Origin: an uncultured Chloroflexia bacterium
GTDB taxonomy: Bacteria > Chloroflexota > Limnocylindria > QHBO01
Length of the DNA stretch: 64,000 bases
NCBI GenBank assembly: GCA_963825525.1
Contig: CAWGTN010000002.1
Location: 992,001-1,056,000 of the forward strand
Direction: 5' to 3'
This document shows, in pieces, positions 52,201 to 62,299 of this stretch. The notes under the pieces were generated by a model. That model was not told the origin of the DNA. It saw only the letters and a program-made list of their open reading frames with translations, and did not search any database. Position 1 is the stretch's first letter. The number at the start of each line of letters is the position of its first letter. The position numbers and the translations under genes are program-made.

Positions 52201-52337
52201 TCGCTGAAGAAGAGCTCGGACGAAGCGGCGCGGGTCGTCGCAGGGGCGACGAAGGGCACCAGCGCGGCGAGCACCAGCGCGAGCGTCGTGAGGAGCGCGA
52301 AGCCGCGCTGCATGGGCATCGAGACGGTCGTGGACAC
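49299..52337 (-). CDS. ExeM/NucH family extracellular endonuclease with lamin-tail and Ig-like domains
   Basis: Signal peptide, FFSEYIEGSSNNKALEI, EGM, FNVLNYF, NHLKSKG, GDLN, SDHDP. Confidence 0.95.
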   Translation of the reverse strand: MSTTVSMPMQRGFALLTTLALVLAALVPFVAPATTRAASSELFFSEYIEGSSNNKALEIYNGTGATIDLAAEAYSVQMYFNGGVTVGTTVNLTGSVANGDVYVLAQSAASAAILAQADQTNGASWYNGDDAVVLRHGTTILDVVGQIGFDPGTEWGTGLTSTADNTLRRKVAIAAGDTNGADAFDPSVEWDGYATDTFNGLGAHTVTQGDAAPVVSVTSPASGATGVTVDANVDITFSEPVNVSGAWFSIGCTSGAHTAVASGGPSTFSLDPDANFVNGDTCTVTVVAANVSDQDVEDPPDAMAADHVFSFSVGTFCAPATHLIHDVQGSGTSTPISGTTVTVQGVVVGDYQGSSPTLRGFFVQEEDADADADPMTSEAIFVFDGTNSVPVAPGDLVSVTGRATEFSGLTQIDQVGTRVTVCDTGYSASPAQITLPVSATGDWERWEGMLASFTQTMTVTENFSLGRFGEVVLSSLGRQYQGTHQAEPGADALAVSDLNARTRIILDDANTSQNADPTRYPTGGLSATNTLRTGASVSGLTAIVHEGFGSYRLQPLGEITFDGAASRPTAPPAVGGRIQVAAFNVLNYFNGDGAGGGFPTARGANTPAEFDRQHAKIVSAIAAMDAEVVGLMEIENDGADATPAIATLVAGLNASVGAGTYDYVRTGVVGTDEIAVAIIYQPAEVSPTGAFAILDSSVDPRFDDTRSRPALAQSFTETATGAVFTVAVNHLKSKGSGCGIGDDQPDHLGGNCNETRTSAAEALADWLLADPTASGDPDAVIIGDLNSYAMETPIDALADAGFHDLLWEFEGPAAYTYVFQGASGYLDHAQATASFQAQVIDAAPWHINTDEPPVLDYNVEFKSANHRTTLYAPDPFRSSDHDPVLVGLNPALHSKVTGGGRITTGSGIASFELSAKYQNQSLVPSGDTTFTLPGMSFVSSNVEWLVAEPDGSAARYAGTGTVNGASGYAYRVSVTDGPDRLAIRIWELATGDVVIDTGAPAAIRNGQIKIHR

Positions 52338-52426
52338 GGGTCAGAGGCCTCCGGCGAGCATGATGGGGTGGTGCTCAACCTTATCGCGGATCGAACCGGT
52401 CACAATGGGATTTCGGTCATTGCCAC

Positions 52427-52654
52427 ATGAAACGATCAGTGCCTCCACCATCCGTCGCAGACTGGCCCGGACTGTGCAGAACCTGTGCACATGCCCACCG
52501 AATCGTCACCGCACGGGGCAGCGAGTTCTGGCGGTGTCGCCTGTCCGATGCCGACGCACGCTTCGCGCGTTACCCCCAGCTGCCGGTCGTTCGCTGCATC
52601 GGACATGCTGCGCCGGAACTTCCCACCGAACGAGGTCGTCTGAACACACCGTGA
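52427..52654 (+). CDS. Small Cys-rich conserved hypothetical protein
   Basis: GLCRTCAHA...GSEFWRC...FARYPQLPVVRC pattern; coupled to the next gene. Confidence 0.7.
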   Translation: MKRSVPPPSVADWPGLCRTCAHAHRIVTARGSEFWRCRLSDADARFARYPQLPVVRCIGHAAPELPTERGRLNTP

Positions 52655-53100
52655 ACCATCGAAGCTCCACCCCCGTGCTGACGGGCATCGTGGCGGTGTT
52701 CCTCGCAGCGTGCGCCGCGCCCGGCGTCACCATCGATCCGTCATCCCTCGAGTCATTCCCGGCGGCTTCTACGCCCGCCAGCGCCAGCCACGGTGCCAGC
52801 CCGTCAGGAGCCGAGGCTGCCGATGCGCCGACGGGGATCCCGAACGAGGTGTGGACAGCGGTCCTCGACGATCTCAGCCGCCGTCTCCAGCGGCCGGTCA
52901 CCGACCCGGTGGTCACCTCGGCGGAACCCATGACCTGGAATGACGGATCCCTTGGCTGCCCGAAGCCAGGCCAGGTGTACACGCAGGCGCTGGTGGATGG
53001 CTTCCAGGTCGTGGTGGAGGTGGACGGCGAGCAGTTCGACTATCGATCCTCCGGCGGCGACAGCGTTCGCCTGTGCGAGGGCATGATCGAGGGCGGCTGA
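52651..53100 (+). CDS. Hypothetical lipoprotein
   Basis: LAAC lipobox; WNDGSLGCPKPGQVYTQA motif. Confidence 0.85.
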   Translation: MNHRSSTPVLTGIVAVFLAACAAPGVTIDPSSLESFPAASTPASASHGASPSGAEAADAPTGIPNEVWTAVLDDLSRRLQRPVTDPVVTSAEPMTWNDGSLGCPKPGQVYTQALVDGFQVVVEVDGEQFDYRSSGGDSVRLCEGMIEGG

Positions 53101-53112
53101 CCGGACACAGAA

Positions 53113-53144
53113 AATGCCCCCGCCGGCGGACCGGCGGGGGCATT
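53113..53144. terminator. Intrinsic terminator between convergent genes
   Basis: AATGCCCCCGCCGG-CGGA-CCGGCGGGGGCATT perfect 14-bp stem. Confidence 0.85.
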
Positions 53145-53173
53145 CCATTTGGACTCCCAGGGGCGTCGGACCG

Positions 53174-56100
53174 CTACTGGCCCGTTCTTGTTCCCCGGAA
53201 CATTGATGAGCTGGACCTCGGCCCCTGCCGCGTCATCGGGTGACACGATCATGACGCCGAGCGGCTTCTGCTTCGCGTAGGCGGTGGCGCTCATCGCCAG
53301 GTCGAAGCTATCGGTGCCACCGGGTGCGACCACCCGGAACGGGAACTCCTCGTCAGAGACCAGGGCCGGGTTCCACGGATCGAAGCGAGCCGTGCCGGAC
53401 ATGGCGTCCGAACCGGCGCCCTCGAGCGAGAAGCTCTGAACGCTATACGAGAAGCCGTTGTTCGCCGCAGTCAGGCCGAGATCGCTCGACAGCACGGGCA
53501 GCAGGTACGTGCTGCTGTCTGTCGGCGCCGACGCCCCGAACCCGGTGAACGACAGACCTCCCGTTGCCAGGTCGAGCACGAACGACGCCGGGATGCCGTT
53601 GAAGCTTCCCGTCGTGAGCGCGCCCAGGTCGAAGCCGATCACGACGTAGTCGGGCTGGCCATCTCCGTTGACGTCCACGATGACGTCGTACTCGTTGACG
53701 GCCGCGTTCGACCAACGGTCATGGGTGCTCAGCGCGAATACGATGAGCTCCTCGCCACCACCCAGGTCGAATGACTGGACGCCGGCCGCCTGCAGGTCGT
53801 AGCCCGAGCCTCCGAGCACTGCCTCGTTGACGTCGTTCTTGTCCTGCAGACCCCACTGGTACACGTCTGCCGAGCCGGCGATCACGCCGTTCGGATTCGT
53901 CACCGTGAACGTGGAGGCCTTGCCGTTCGCCGTGAGCTTGCCGGTCGTCTCGATGGTCGACAGTGCTCGCGGAACGAGCAGGTACGGAACACGCAGGGTG
54001 ACCGCGTCATTCGAGAGCACCACGTTGCCGCTCACCTGCCGGAAACCGGCAGAGTTGCCCGCCGAGGCGGCCGGGACATTGAGGGTCACCGCCAGGGTGA
54101 CCTCGCCGCCCGCCGGGACGAGCACGCTGCCCGACCCCGGGACCACCGAGTGCGTCCGGCTCCCCGGGCCGGCGACTGACGACGTGTTCAACGTGACGTC
54201 GGCGTCGCTGACGTTGCGCACGGTGATCTCGCGAGTCTCGCTGTGGTTCGCTCCCAGCTCATCGAACCCGAAGCTCAGGTTCGAATTGTGGAAGTCAGCA
54301 AGGCCGAGGTCCGGATTGCCGGCGACCATGTCGCCCAGTGCCACGACGGGCGTCGAGATCGCCGATGCCGGCGATACCAGCCCGGTTCCGGCTCGGGTAA
54401 CGAGGTATCCGGCCATTGCGTTCGGATCTCCCGTATTCGAGATGGCCGCCTTGACCTCCTCGACCGTCCAATCCGGATGTGCCTGGCGGACGAGGGCCGC
54501 GACACCCGCCACGTGCGGCGAGGCCATGGACGTGCCCGACAGGATGTGGCCCTTGGTACCGGTGCCGGCGGCCGTGGACATCGTGCTCACACCCGGAGCT
54601 GAAATGTCCGGCTTGAGCGCGCTGTCCCCGTTGCGGGGGCCGCCGGAGCTGAAGCTGGCGAACCCGCGGAAGCCGGGGTTCGGAAGGTCGACGATCGTCG
54701 TGGTCGCCGTTGCCGCGGCACGCAGGGCCGTTGCATCGGCGCTGTTGAGCGGACCCTGGACGCCGAGGAACGGAATCGTCACCTCGAACGTCTCGCCGGT
54801 GTCCGGGTTGCCGGCGATCGGCCCCTCGTACGGCGGGTAGCCGGCGCTCGAGTTGATCATGGCGACCGCATCGGCCCCGGCCTGCTGGCCGAACACCGCG
54901 CGGGCGACGCGGGCGCACGTTCCGCGCTCGGTCACCGCCAGGACGTTGTCGTCGCCCTCGCTGATCCCGTTACTGGTGAATGCCTCGACCGAGCAGCCGA
55001 GACGCTCGTTCTCCGCGGTTCCCGCAACATCCTGCAGCACCACGATGTCGTACACCGTGCCGTCCGCCGGAGCGACACCGTTGGCCGCGAGGGCCACGAT
55101 GCTGGTGCCGGTATTCAGCGCCAGCTGGACGCCGGTGAAGTTCTCGGTGCTATCGACCGCCGCGGTGGAAATGGCACCGGTGCCGGTTCCGGGCGAGCCG
55201 GTGATGTACTGCGACGAGCCGCTGTTGCCGGCCGACGTCACCACGATGACACCGCTGGCCGCGGCATTCGTCGAGGCAACGGCCGACGGGTCGTCGCCGC
55301 GCCCGAACGAGGACCCGAGCGACATGTTGATGACGTCCATGTCGTGATCAACGGCCCATTCGATGGCCTCGACGGTCACGTCCGTCGAACCATCGCAGCC
55401 GAAGACCCGAAGGCCGTAGAGCTCGGCCTGCGGCGCGACGCCGGGACCGATCTCGAAATCGTTGTCGTGAGTCGTGCTGTCGTACGGCCCGGCATACGTC
55501 GATCCGTCATCGAGCACGCCGAAGCCGGTCGCCGTCCCTGAGACGTGGGATCCGTGGCCGCTGCTGCCATCGGTGTAGACGCAGTCGAGCGGATCTGGGT
55601 CGGGATGCGGGATCAGCTGTGGCGATCCCTCGTCAGCGGCGGCGTCGTAGTCGTCGCCGACGAAGTCGTATCCGCCCTTGACCTTCGGAGCCGCGGCGCC
55701 GAACCAGGCGGCATCCTCCGCTCCGAGCGTCGTGTCGGCCGCATTGGCGGCCTCGTAGGCCTCGACCGTGCCCGGGCCACCGAAGTTGGCGTGGGTGTAG
55801 TCGACGCCGGTGTCGATGACGGCGATCTTGACGCCGGTCCCGGTGTAGCCGAGATCCTCCCAGACTCCGGCCGGAACGCCGAGGAAGGGAACGCTGGATT
55901 CGTTGCCGGGAGTCTGCAGCTGCAGTCCGCGCACGGCGATCACGTTTGGAAGGCCGGCCAGCGCCGCGACGTCCTTGCGCGCGACCTGGACCTTGATGCC
56001 GTTATAGGCGGACTGAAGCTGAGCGAGGACGCGGCCACCGTTGGCATTGATCTGGCCCTTGATGGCGTCCTGTCGGCCCTTCAGCTCGGCCTTGATCCGG

Positions 56101-56354
56101 GCGCGCTCGGCCTTGGAGAGCTCGCGATTCTTTGCGCGAGACTCGACGACCGCGACCGGGTCGCCACGGAGCTCGAGCATCACGTTGATGATGCGAGCGT
56201 CATCGACGGCGTTCGGAAGGATGTCGGGATCGATGGGGCCGGCGCCCGGCAGGGTGGGGAAGAATCGGTCGATCTGGGATGGGTCACGCGCCAGGGTGGT
56301 GCTCGGAATGAGGAGCGCCAACAGGGTCACGATGACCGTCAATCGTCGTAACAC
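53174..56354 (-). CDS. Secreted S8 subtilisin-like protease (Vpr-like: propeptide, PA domain)
   Basis: GGAGG then GTG at 56354; signal peptide; IDTG, HGSHVSG, GTSMASP; true stop inferred at TAG 53174 just before the terminator (needs one indel). Confidence 0.92.
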
Positions 56355-56569
56355 GAATTCGGAAACCTCCGCTCGGGCAGGGAACAATTGCTCGACCGCA
56401 GGGCGGTCGATTGCGGAACAGGTCGATCCGAAACTGGGTCGATAGGCGACGTCCCCCGTGCAGGCTCGACCGAGCCAGGGCGTAGGCAAGGGTGAGGCGG
56501 TCGATGCTAGTCCCGCCGCTTCCGGCGCGTCAAATCTATGACGACCGTGGACGATCCACCGCGTTGACC

Positions 56570-57469
56570 CTATGCACCACCAAGCAGGCAACCGATCAAG
56601 CGAGTCACGGTCAGCGCCGAGAGCTGGTTGACGTCCCGATCGGGGACGAGCTCGGTGAACACGGCCCCGACCACGCGGTCGCGAACGCCGGCAAGGAGGT
56701 CCCACGCCTCGGGGTAGGTCAGGCCACCCGGCGTCAGTGCCGAAACAGCCGGTATGACCGAGGGGTCCATCCCGTCGCAGTCGAAGCTCACGAAGACCGA
56801 TGCGTCCGGCGGGCACATGCTCGAGCACCCAGGCGATGCCCCGCTCGCGAACATCCCGCGCGGTGATCAGCAGGTTGCCGGCGGCACGCGCCGCCTCGAC
56901 GTCCTCGCCGCGCGCCGACCCGACGCCCCGCAGGCCGACCTGGATGATGCGGGCCACGTGGTCCATCTCGGACGCGCGACGCATCGGCGACGAGTAGCCC
57001 TCGCGCACCCCGTCAACTTCGTCCCGGAAGTCGAGGTGGGCGTCGACCTGCAGGATCGTCAGCGGTCCGCGGTTCGCGAACGCGCGGAGGATCGGGATCG
57101 GGACGGAGTCGTCACCGCCCAGGCAGATCGGCATCGCGCCGCGGTCGAGGATGGCGGCCACGGCCTCGGTGATCCGCGCGCTGTTTCCCGGGCCGTCATC
57201 GGCGGCACCGGGGACGTCGCCGGCATCGGTGAACGGGCGCGGGCGCACGGCGCATCGGCGTCGAAGTCCCAGTGATCGAGGAAGCGGGCAAGGCCCGCAG
57301 CGCGGTCGCGGATCGCGGCGGGGGCATCGGCGCATCCGACGGTCGCGCCCGGGCTCGGGTAGGGCCATCCGAAGGGAACGCCGAGCACCGCGATCCCCGG
57401 CTCGAGGCGATCGAGGTCGGTCTCGATGGGCGCACCGAGGAATCCCACGTCGGGGCGGTTCGTTCTCAC
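56570..57469 (-). CDS. Arginase/agmatinase family ureohydrolase (frameshifts near 57250 and 56810)
   Basis: LGVPF, GGDDS, VDAHLD, QVGLR, SFDCDGMDP, PGGL spread across three frames. Confidence 0.85.
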
Positions 57470-57481
57470 GGAGGCAGCCTA

Positions 57482-57931
57482 TCAGCCGGCGGTGGCGCAC
57501 TCGCGACAGCGGCCGACCAGCGTGACGTGGCCGATGTCGATCTCGAACCCATCGTCCGCACGCAGGGCGTTCGCCACGGCATCGCCGCGTTCAGCGTCGA
57601 TCTCCCAGCTCCGCCCGCACTCGGCGCAGTGCAGGTGTCCGTGCTCGTCGAGCGGCCGGACGTGGAACTCCTCGTGGCCATCGGGTCCATGGCCGTGGCG
57701 GAGCAGCCCAAGCTCCTCGAGGACATCAAGCGTCCGATACACGGTCGAGGCGATCGTCTTCGCGTCGCGAGCCCGACAGCGTTCGAGCAGCTCCGCGCCG
57801 GAGATGTGGCCGTCGGCGCGTGCCAGCACCTCGATCACGGTTCGGCGCTGCGGCGTCCAGCGCAGGCCCCGAGCTCGCAGTCGTTCACCGACGGAATCCC
57901 ACGGTGCGGGGAGTGATTCGGTCGCGTCCAT
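57482..57931 (-). CDS. Fur family metalloregulator (Nur-like)
   Basis: LRWTPQR, STVYRTL, HGHLHCAECG, terminal CREC. Confidence 0.93.
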   Translation of the reverse strand: MDATESLPAPWDSVGERLRARGLRWTPQRRTVIEVLARADGHISGAELLERCRARDAKTIASTVYRTLDVLEELGLLRHGHGPDGHEEFHVRPLDEHGHLHCAECGRSWEIDAERGDAVANALRADDGFEIDIGHVTLVGRCRECATAG

Positions 57932-57959
57932 TGCCCGTAGTCTATGCTGATCGCCGTTG

Positions 57960-57975
57960 TTGCAAGCCGTTGCAA
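57960..57975. promoter_or_regulatory. Candidate Fur-family (Nur-like) operator
   Basis: TTGCAA-GCCG-TTGCAA between the divergent regulator and transporter genes. Confidence 0.65.
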
Positions 57976-58014
57976 TAGCCTTGTCCCCCACCGATCGACT
58001 CGACGGGAGTGCCG

Positions 58015-58818
58015 ATGTCTCAGCTCCTCGCCCTGGCCGGATTCGGATTTCTGCTCGGCATGCGCCACGCGACCGATGCCGATCACGTCATCGCCGTGAC
58101 CACGATCCTCAACCGCAGCCGACGGTTCGCGCACACGACGCTCATCGGCGCTCTGTGGGGATTGGGCCACACGATCACCGTCGTCATCGTGGGCGTGCTG
58201 ATCATCGCGTTCAACGTCGTCATCCCGCCGCCGGTCGGGCTGGCCATGGAGTTTGCCGTGGCGCTCATGCTCATCGGGCTCGGCATCCTGAACCTCACCG
58301 GCGGGATGCGGGCATTCACCGAGCGCCTCACGCCGCCGGCCCCGATCCATGGCCATGAGCATGAGCACGTCCATGCCCACGATGACGAGCCATCAGACCA
58401 CGCCCACGGGCATGCCCACCTCCATGGACACGGCACCGATCCGCACCTCGGTGGGCCGGCAGGCATCGTCGCCACCTTCGGCTGGTATCAGCTGCTGCGG
58501 CCCGTGGTCGTTGGCCTGGTGCACGGTCTGGCGGGCAGCGCGGCCGTGGCGCTCCTGGTGCTTGCCACCATCGAGGACACCGGCACCGCGATCGGCTACC
58601 TCGTGATCTTCTGCATTGGCGTGGCCGCCGGGATGGCCGCACTGACCACCGTCATCGGCCTTCCGTTCTGGGTGGCGCGCGCGCGGTCCCAGCAGATCAA
58701 CCGATGGCTGACCCTCGGCTCCGGAATCCTGTCACTGGCGTTCGGGATCTACCTGGGCTACCAGATCGGGATCGTCGACGGCCTGTTCACCGGCAACTTC
58801 CAGTGGGATCCCGCCTGA
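58015..58818 (+). CDS. NiCoT (HoxN/HupN/NixA) family nickel/cobalt transporter
   Basis: GMRHATDADH, WGLGH, His-rich loop, GLVHGLAGSA. Confidence 0.92.
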   Translation: MSQLLALAGFGFLLGMRHATDADHVIAVTTILNRSRRFAHTTLIGALWGLGHTITVVIVGVLIIAFNVVIPPPVGLAMEFAVALMLIGLGILNLTGGMRAFTERLTPPAPIHGHEHEHVHAHDDEPSDHAHGHAHLHGHGTDPHLGGPAGIVATFGWYQLLRPVVVGLVHGLAGSAAVALLVLATIEDTGTAIGYLVIFCIGVAAGMAALTTVIGLPFWVARARSQQINRWLTLGSGILSLAFGIYLGYQIGIVDGLFTGNFQWDPA

Positions 58819-58837
58819 GCCCTGGTGCCTGGGGCGG

Positions 58838-59332
58838 TCAACCCGGACTGCGGGTGAACCAGCTGCCGGAGACCGCGAGCACGTAGATCACGAACGCGTT
58901 GGCCGCGACGAGCGCAAGGTTGAGGACGGCACCGTCCGAGCTCCCGAGGCCCCCGAGGGCCAGGAGACCGGCGATGGCCGCAACGACGATCCCGGTGATC
59001 CGCGCCCAGCTCGCGCCGGAGAGCACCTTGATGCCGGACACGAGCTGCAGTGCGCCGAAGCCCACCACGATGATCACGACCACGAAGATCGCCCCGGCAA
59101 ACGCGCCGAAGGCGGAGCCGAGGCCCGGCAGGTCCGTCTGAGACGCCGCGCCACCGGCGGCCCCGGCAAAGATCGCGACCCCGAGCAGAAGGATGACTCC
59201 GATGAGCAGCGTGATCGCCCCGAGCACGATGAGCGTCACGCCCGCTGCGGTGACCAGTCCTGGCCGGCCTCCGGTGGCCGGCATGGCGTTGGAAACGGGT
59301 GATGGCGTCGGCGGGGGCATGGACTCGGTCAC
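58838..59332 (-). CDS. Hypothetical four-TM membrane protein
   Basis: GGAGG RBS, RPGLVT motif, four hydrophobic segments. Confidence 0.75.
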   Translation of the reverse strand: MTESMPPPTPSPVSNAMPATGGRPGLVTAAGVTLIVLGAITLLIGVILLLGVAIFAGAAGGAASQTDLPGLGSAFGAFAGAIFVVVIIVVGFGALQLVSGIKVLSGASWARITGIVVAAIAGLLALGGLGSSDGAVLNLALVAANAFVIYVLAVSGSWFTRSPG

Positions 59333-59468
59333 GGATCTGGTCCTCCACACGTGATCGGGCGGTCTCGGTGCCGCCCGTTCGGTTGAGTCTACCGGGCGCT
59401 TGTCCGCCACACGGCCATGCCGCTGCGAGCACGACCCGGGGCGTCGTCTGGCGCCCCGGGCCGGTCCC

Positions 59469-60242
59469 TCAGTCGCGAACGCCCTCCGCCACCGGATAGC
59501 TGATCTCGAGCGGCTTTCCGGTCTCGAGCAGCGTCTTCATGCTCGACAGGATCGGCACCCAGCCGTGGGCAACCGACTTGTACGTCTCGGTCTCGGACTC
59601 GAAACCATCGTGGACGAGGGTCAGCAGCGAGGTCTCGCCACGAGCCTCGATCGACCAGGTGCATCGGCTTGACTCGTCGCTGCCGGGGAAGCCGAAGGTG
59701 TGGACGAGCTTGTTCGGCGGATCGGCCTCCATCACCTCGCACGAGATGGCGACGCTGCCGTCCGGGTTGCGATAGGTCAGCGGTGAGCCGGGTTTCCAAT
59801 CGGACTCGACGCTGTTGCTGTAGTAGTACTGCTTCGTGAACTCGGACTCGGTCAGCGCCTGCCACACCTGCTCGGGCTTGGCGGCGATGTAGACCTCGAA
59901 GACGTGCTTGAGATCGGTCATGGGTCGTTTCTCCACGCTGTACTTGATGTCCGCCATCGTGTTGACCAGGGGCTCCGCGTAGCGGCTGATCCAGCGGTCG
60001 GCGATGAGGCGGATGGGAACCGGGTTGAGGAAGTGGAGCTTTCGGCGGCCGTCGCGGCGGGTCGTGACGAGGTGCGCATCCTCGAGCACCCGCAGGTGCT
60101 TCATGACGCCGAAGCGGGTCATCTGGGGCAGCGCTTCCTCCAGGTCACCCAGCGTCAATCCGTCCTGCTCGCGAAGCCGATCCAGGAGCCTGCGCCGATG
60201 CGGATCGGCGAGCGCCCGGAATGCAGCCTCCAGCTCTTCCAT
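59469..60242 (-). CDS. ArsR/SmtB regulator fused to SRPBCC (AHSA1-like) domain
   Basis: FRALADPHRRRLLDRL, MKHLRVLE, LNPVPI; C-terminal VWQALT...GW...KTLLETG. Confidence 0.92.
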   Translation of the reverse strand: MEELEAAFRALADPHRRRLLDRLREQDGLTLGDLEEALPQMTRFGVMKHLRVLEDAHLVTTRRDGRRKLHFLNPVPIRLIADRWISRYAEPLVNTMADIKYSVEKRPMTDLKHVFEVYIAAKPEQVWQALTESEFTKQYYYSNSVESDWKPGSPLTYRNPDGSVAISCEVMEADPPNKLVHTFGFPGSDESSRCTWSIEARGETSLLTLVHDGFESETETYKSVAHGWVPILSSMKTLLETGKPLEISYPVAEGVRD

Positions 60243-60249
60243 GCCGGCG

Positions 60250-60279
60250 ACTATAGGTGACCGTGTGGTCACGTGTCAA
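60250..60279 (-). promoter_or_regulatory. Leaderless promoter with operator in the spacer
   Basis: TTGACA-18-TATAGT-7nt-ATG; GTGACC-GTGT-GGTCAC inverted repeat 60257-60272. Confidence 0.8.
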
Positions 60280-60589
60280 TCCAGCCGGTGGGCCGCCTCG
60301 CGCGCCTCGCATGCCTGCCAAATTCATCCCACATGCACACGCCACGACCAACGTGGGCGAATCTTCGCCACCCTGCAGCCCGAACGCTGCAGGTGGCAAG
60401 GTCTGGCCAGCTCCCCGCGCCGCATGCGCGGGCCACATGAATCTGGCGAAATCCGGCCGGTACCCGGGCCCGTTCGACGAACCTCAGCTCGTCGGGATCG
60501 GCGCTCCACGGGCAATCACCTTGACCGGGCGCTATCCGGGACCGACGATGTGACGAGCGGCTCCAGCCAGCCGCAGTGGAGGGACGACA

Positions 60590-61051
60590 ATGGAGCGAGA
60601 AGCCTCAGCTCAATCTCGCCGCAATCCGACCTCGGTGAAGGCTTGGTGGATCGTAGCGGCCATCGTCGCAGCGATCCTCCTCCTCGGCGTGTTGCCGTGG
60701 CGCCTGACGGGCCAGCACGTCAATCTCGTGGTGGTGAACGAGTCCGGCCGGCCGGTGCAGTTCCAATGGCAGCCGGGCCTGTTCCTCGAGAAGGCGTCCG
60801 TGACCCGGAATGGCTGCGAGTCCAGTTCGATGGATCTTCAGGCGGGACTGGAATGGAGCCTGACCGCGGACGACGGCGCGACGGTTCTCGACTCTGCGGC
60901 AGTCGAGGTTCCGCTCTTCACCGAGCGAGTCCTCGTCGAGGTTCGGCTCAGTGAGCAGGGCGATGTCAGCATCGGCCCGCCGCGATCCGTCGACACGCCG
61001 ATCGACGCACCCGATTTGGACTGCGTGGGCAACACTGCAGCGGAGGGCTGA
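60590..61051 (+). CDS. Hypothetical membrane-anchored protein
   Basis: GGAGG RBS, one TM, LVVVNES...C...terminal Cys; resembles the lipoproteins at 26.9-27.8 kb. Confidence 0.7.
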   Translation: MEREASAQSRRNPTSVKAWWIVAAIVAAILLLGVLPWRLTGQHVNLVVVNESGRPVQFQWQPGLFLEKASVTRNGCESSSMDLQAGLEWSLTADDGATVLDSAAVEVPLFTERVLVEVRLSEQGDVSIGPPRSVDTPIDAPDLDCVGNTAAEG

Positions 61052-61100
61052 TGAGGCGGCCGTGCCACCGGTCTCGCCGCCACTCCCCGCGACGAGTCGA

Positions 61101-61463
61101 CTACTCCTGATTCGTCCTGCCGAACCCGATGTCCACCACTTCCCGGGTGCCATCTGCGAAGTGGGCGATCACCTGGCCGACCCCTTCGCCGGCGTCGCAA
61201 TGCTCCGCGTCGCACGTCACAACGACTTGAACGACGGCGGGATGCTCAGGGGAGAGGCTGAGCAGGCCGACTCTGGCGCGCGACAGGCAGTGCTCCGGAG
61301 CCATCTCATCAGCGCAGGCGACGGGCACTCCGTCGACCGTCAGAGCCGGAGCGGTCGGGGCGGGGGCAGTCGGGAGCGGAGTCGGCGACGTATCGAACGG
61401 ACCGCAGGCGCCGATGAGGGTCAGCGCCGCCAGGACCGCGGCGGTTCTCGCAGCAGATCGCAC
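61101..61463 (-). CDS. Hypothetical lipoprotein
   Basis: GAGG RBS, IGAC lipobox, Pro/Thr linker, four further Cys. Confidence 0.7.
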   Translation of the reverse strand: MRSAARTAAVLAALTLIGACGPFDTSPTPLPTAPAPTAPALTVDGVPVACADEMAPEHCLSRARVGLLSLSPEHPAVVQVVVTCDAEHCDAGEGVGQVIAHFADGTREVVDIGFGRTNQE

Positions 61464-61576
61464 CAGATCCTCGAACGTGCCGGTCACGATGATCCTCGCT
61501 GTTTCTCACTATCGGGCAGGTCGCGCAACATCTTGACAGCGCCGTCCGATGACTGACCACAGGCTACACTTGGCGA

Positions 61577-61765
61577 ATGTCAGAGCCGATGGTCTGCGAT
61601 TCGTGCGGCAAGAGCGTCGCACCGGGCACCCCGGCATTCGGCGACCGACGGCGGATCGACGAGGGGCGATTCCTGTGCGGCGAGTGCGCCAGGGCCGACA
61701 AGGCTGCTGAACCGCCCGGCGCCCCGGTATCGATGCCGAATACGAACTTCCCGAACACGCACTGA
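61577..61765 (+). CDS. Small zinc-finger-like protein (62 aa)
   Basis: CDSC and CGEC; TACACT 6 nt before ATG. Confidence 0.65.
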   Translation: MSEPMVCDSCGKSVAPGTPAFGDRRRIDEGRFLCGECARADKAAEPPGAPVSMPNTNFPNTH

Positions 61766-61794
61766 CGGCGCCACCGCGCCGGAGAACCGACCGC

Positions 61795-62211
61795 TCAGAG
61801 GAAGCGCAGCTCGTCGGCCTCGGGGCGATCCACGGCGCGGGCGCAGGTCGGGCACCACAGCCGCGCCTCGACGGGCGTGCCGCACAGGGCGTGACGCATC
61901 GGCTCCGCGTGGGCCGAACCGCGAGACCCCCAGTCGGCAAGCAAGCGCAGGACGCCGGCCAGCTCCAAACCTTCGTCAGTGAGCGCATAGGTGAAACGTG
62001 GCGGCCGCTCCGAGTAGGGAGTGGCGCGCAGGATCTTCTCCCCCTCCAGGCGCTTCAGGCGATCGGACAGGATGTTCGGCGCAATCCCATCCACGGTCTC
62101 CGATAGCTCACCGAATCGGCGCGGGCCGTCGAGCAGCGCCTCGATGAGCAGGAGGCTCCATCGATCTCCGACGCGTTCGAGCGCCGCGGCAAGGGGTGTC
62201 TGGGAGGCCAT
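61795..62211 (-). CDS. HxlR family winged-helix regulator
   Basis: VGDRWSLL, RRFGEL, LSDRLKRL, YALT, C-terminal HxxC/CxxC. Confidence 0.93.
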   Translation of the reverse strand: MASQTPLAAALERVGDRWSLLLIEALLDGPRRFGELSETVDGIAPNILSDRLKRLEGEKILRATPYSERPPRFTYALTDEGLELAGVLRLLADWGSRGSAHAEPMRHALCGTPVEARLWCPTCARAVDRPEADELRFL

Positions 62212-62234
62212 CGGCTGATCGTAGGGCATCGGCC

Positions 62235-62275
62235 TTGACACCGGCTGTCGAAGGAGTAACTTGCGCATTGCAAGT
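62235..62275. promoter_or_regulatory. Promoter and candidate HxlR operator
   Basis: TTGACA 62235-62240; ACTTGC-GCATT-GCAAGT 62259-62275. Confidence 0.6.
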
Positions 62276-62299
62276 CACATGCTACTGACGGAGATGGGA

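Noticed and set aside
56360-56560. Possible riboswitch in the S8 protease leader
   Set aside because: Only a generic hairpin (TCGACCGC...GCGGTCGA); no recognisable aptamer consensus
53040-57500. 1486-aa arginase-subtilisin fusion
   Set aside because: Frameshifts in the ureohydrolase run into the intergenic region; the protease has its own RBS and signal peptide at 56354, and the ORF end crosses a terminator and an opposite-strand gene
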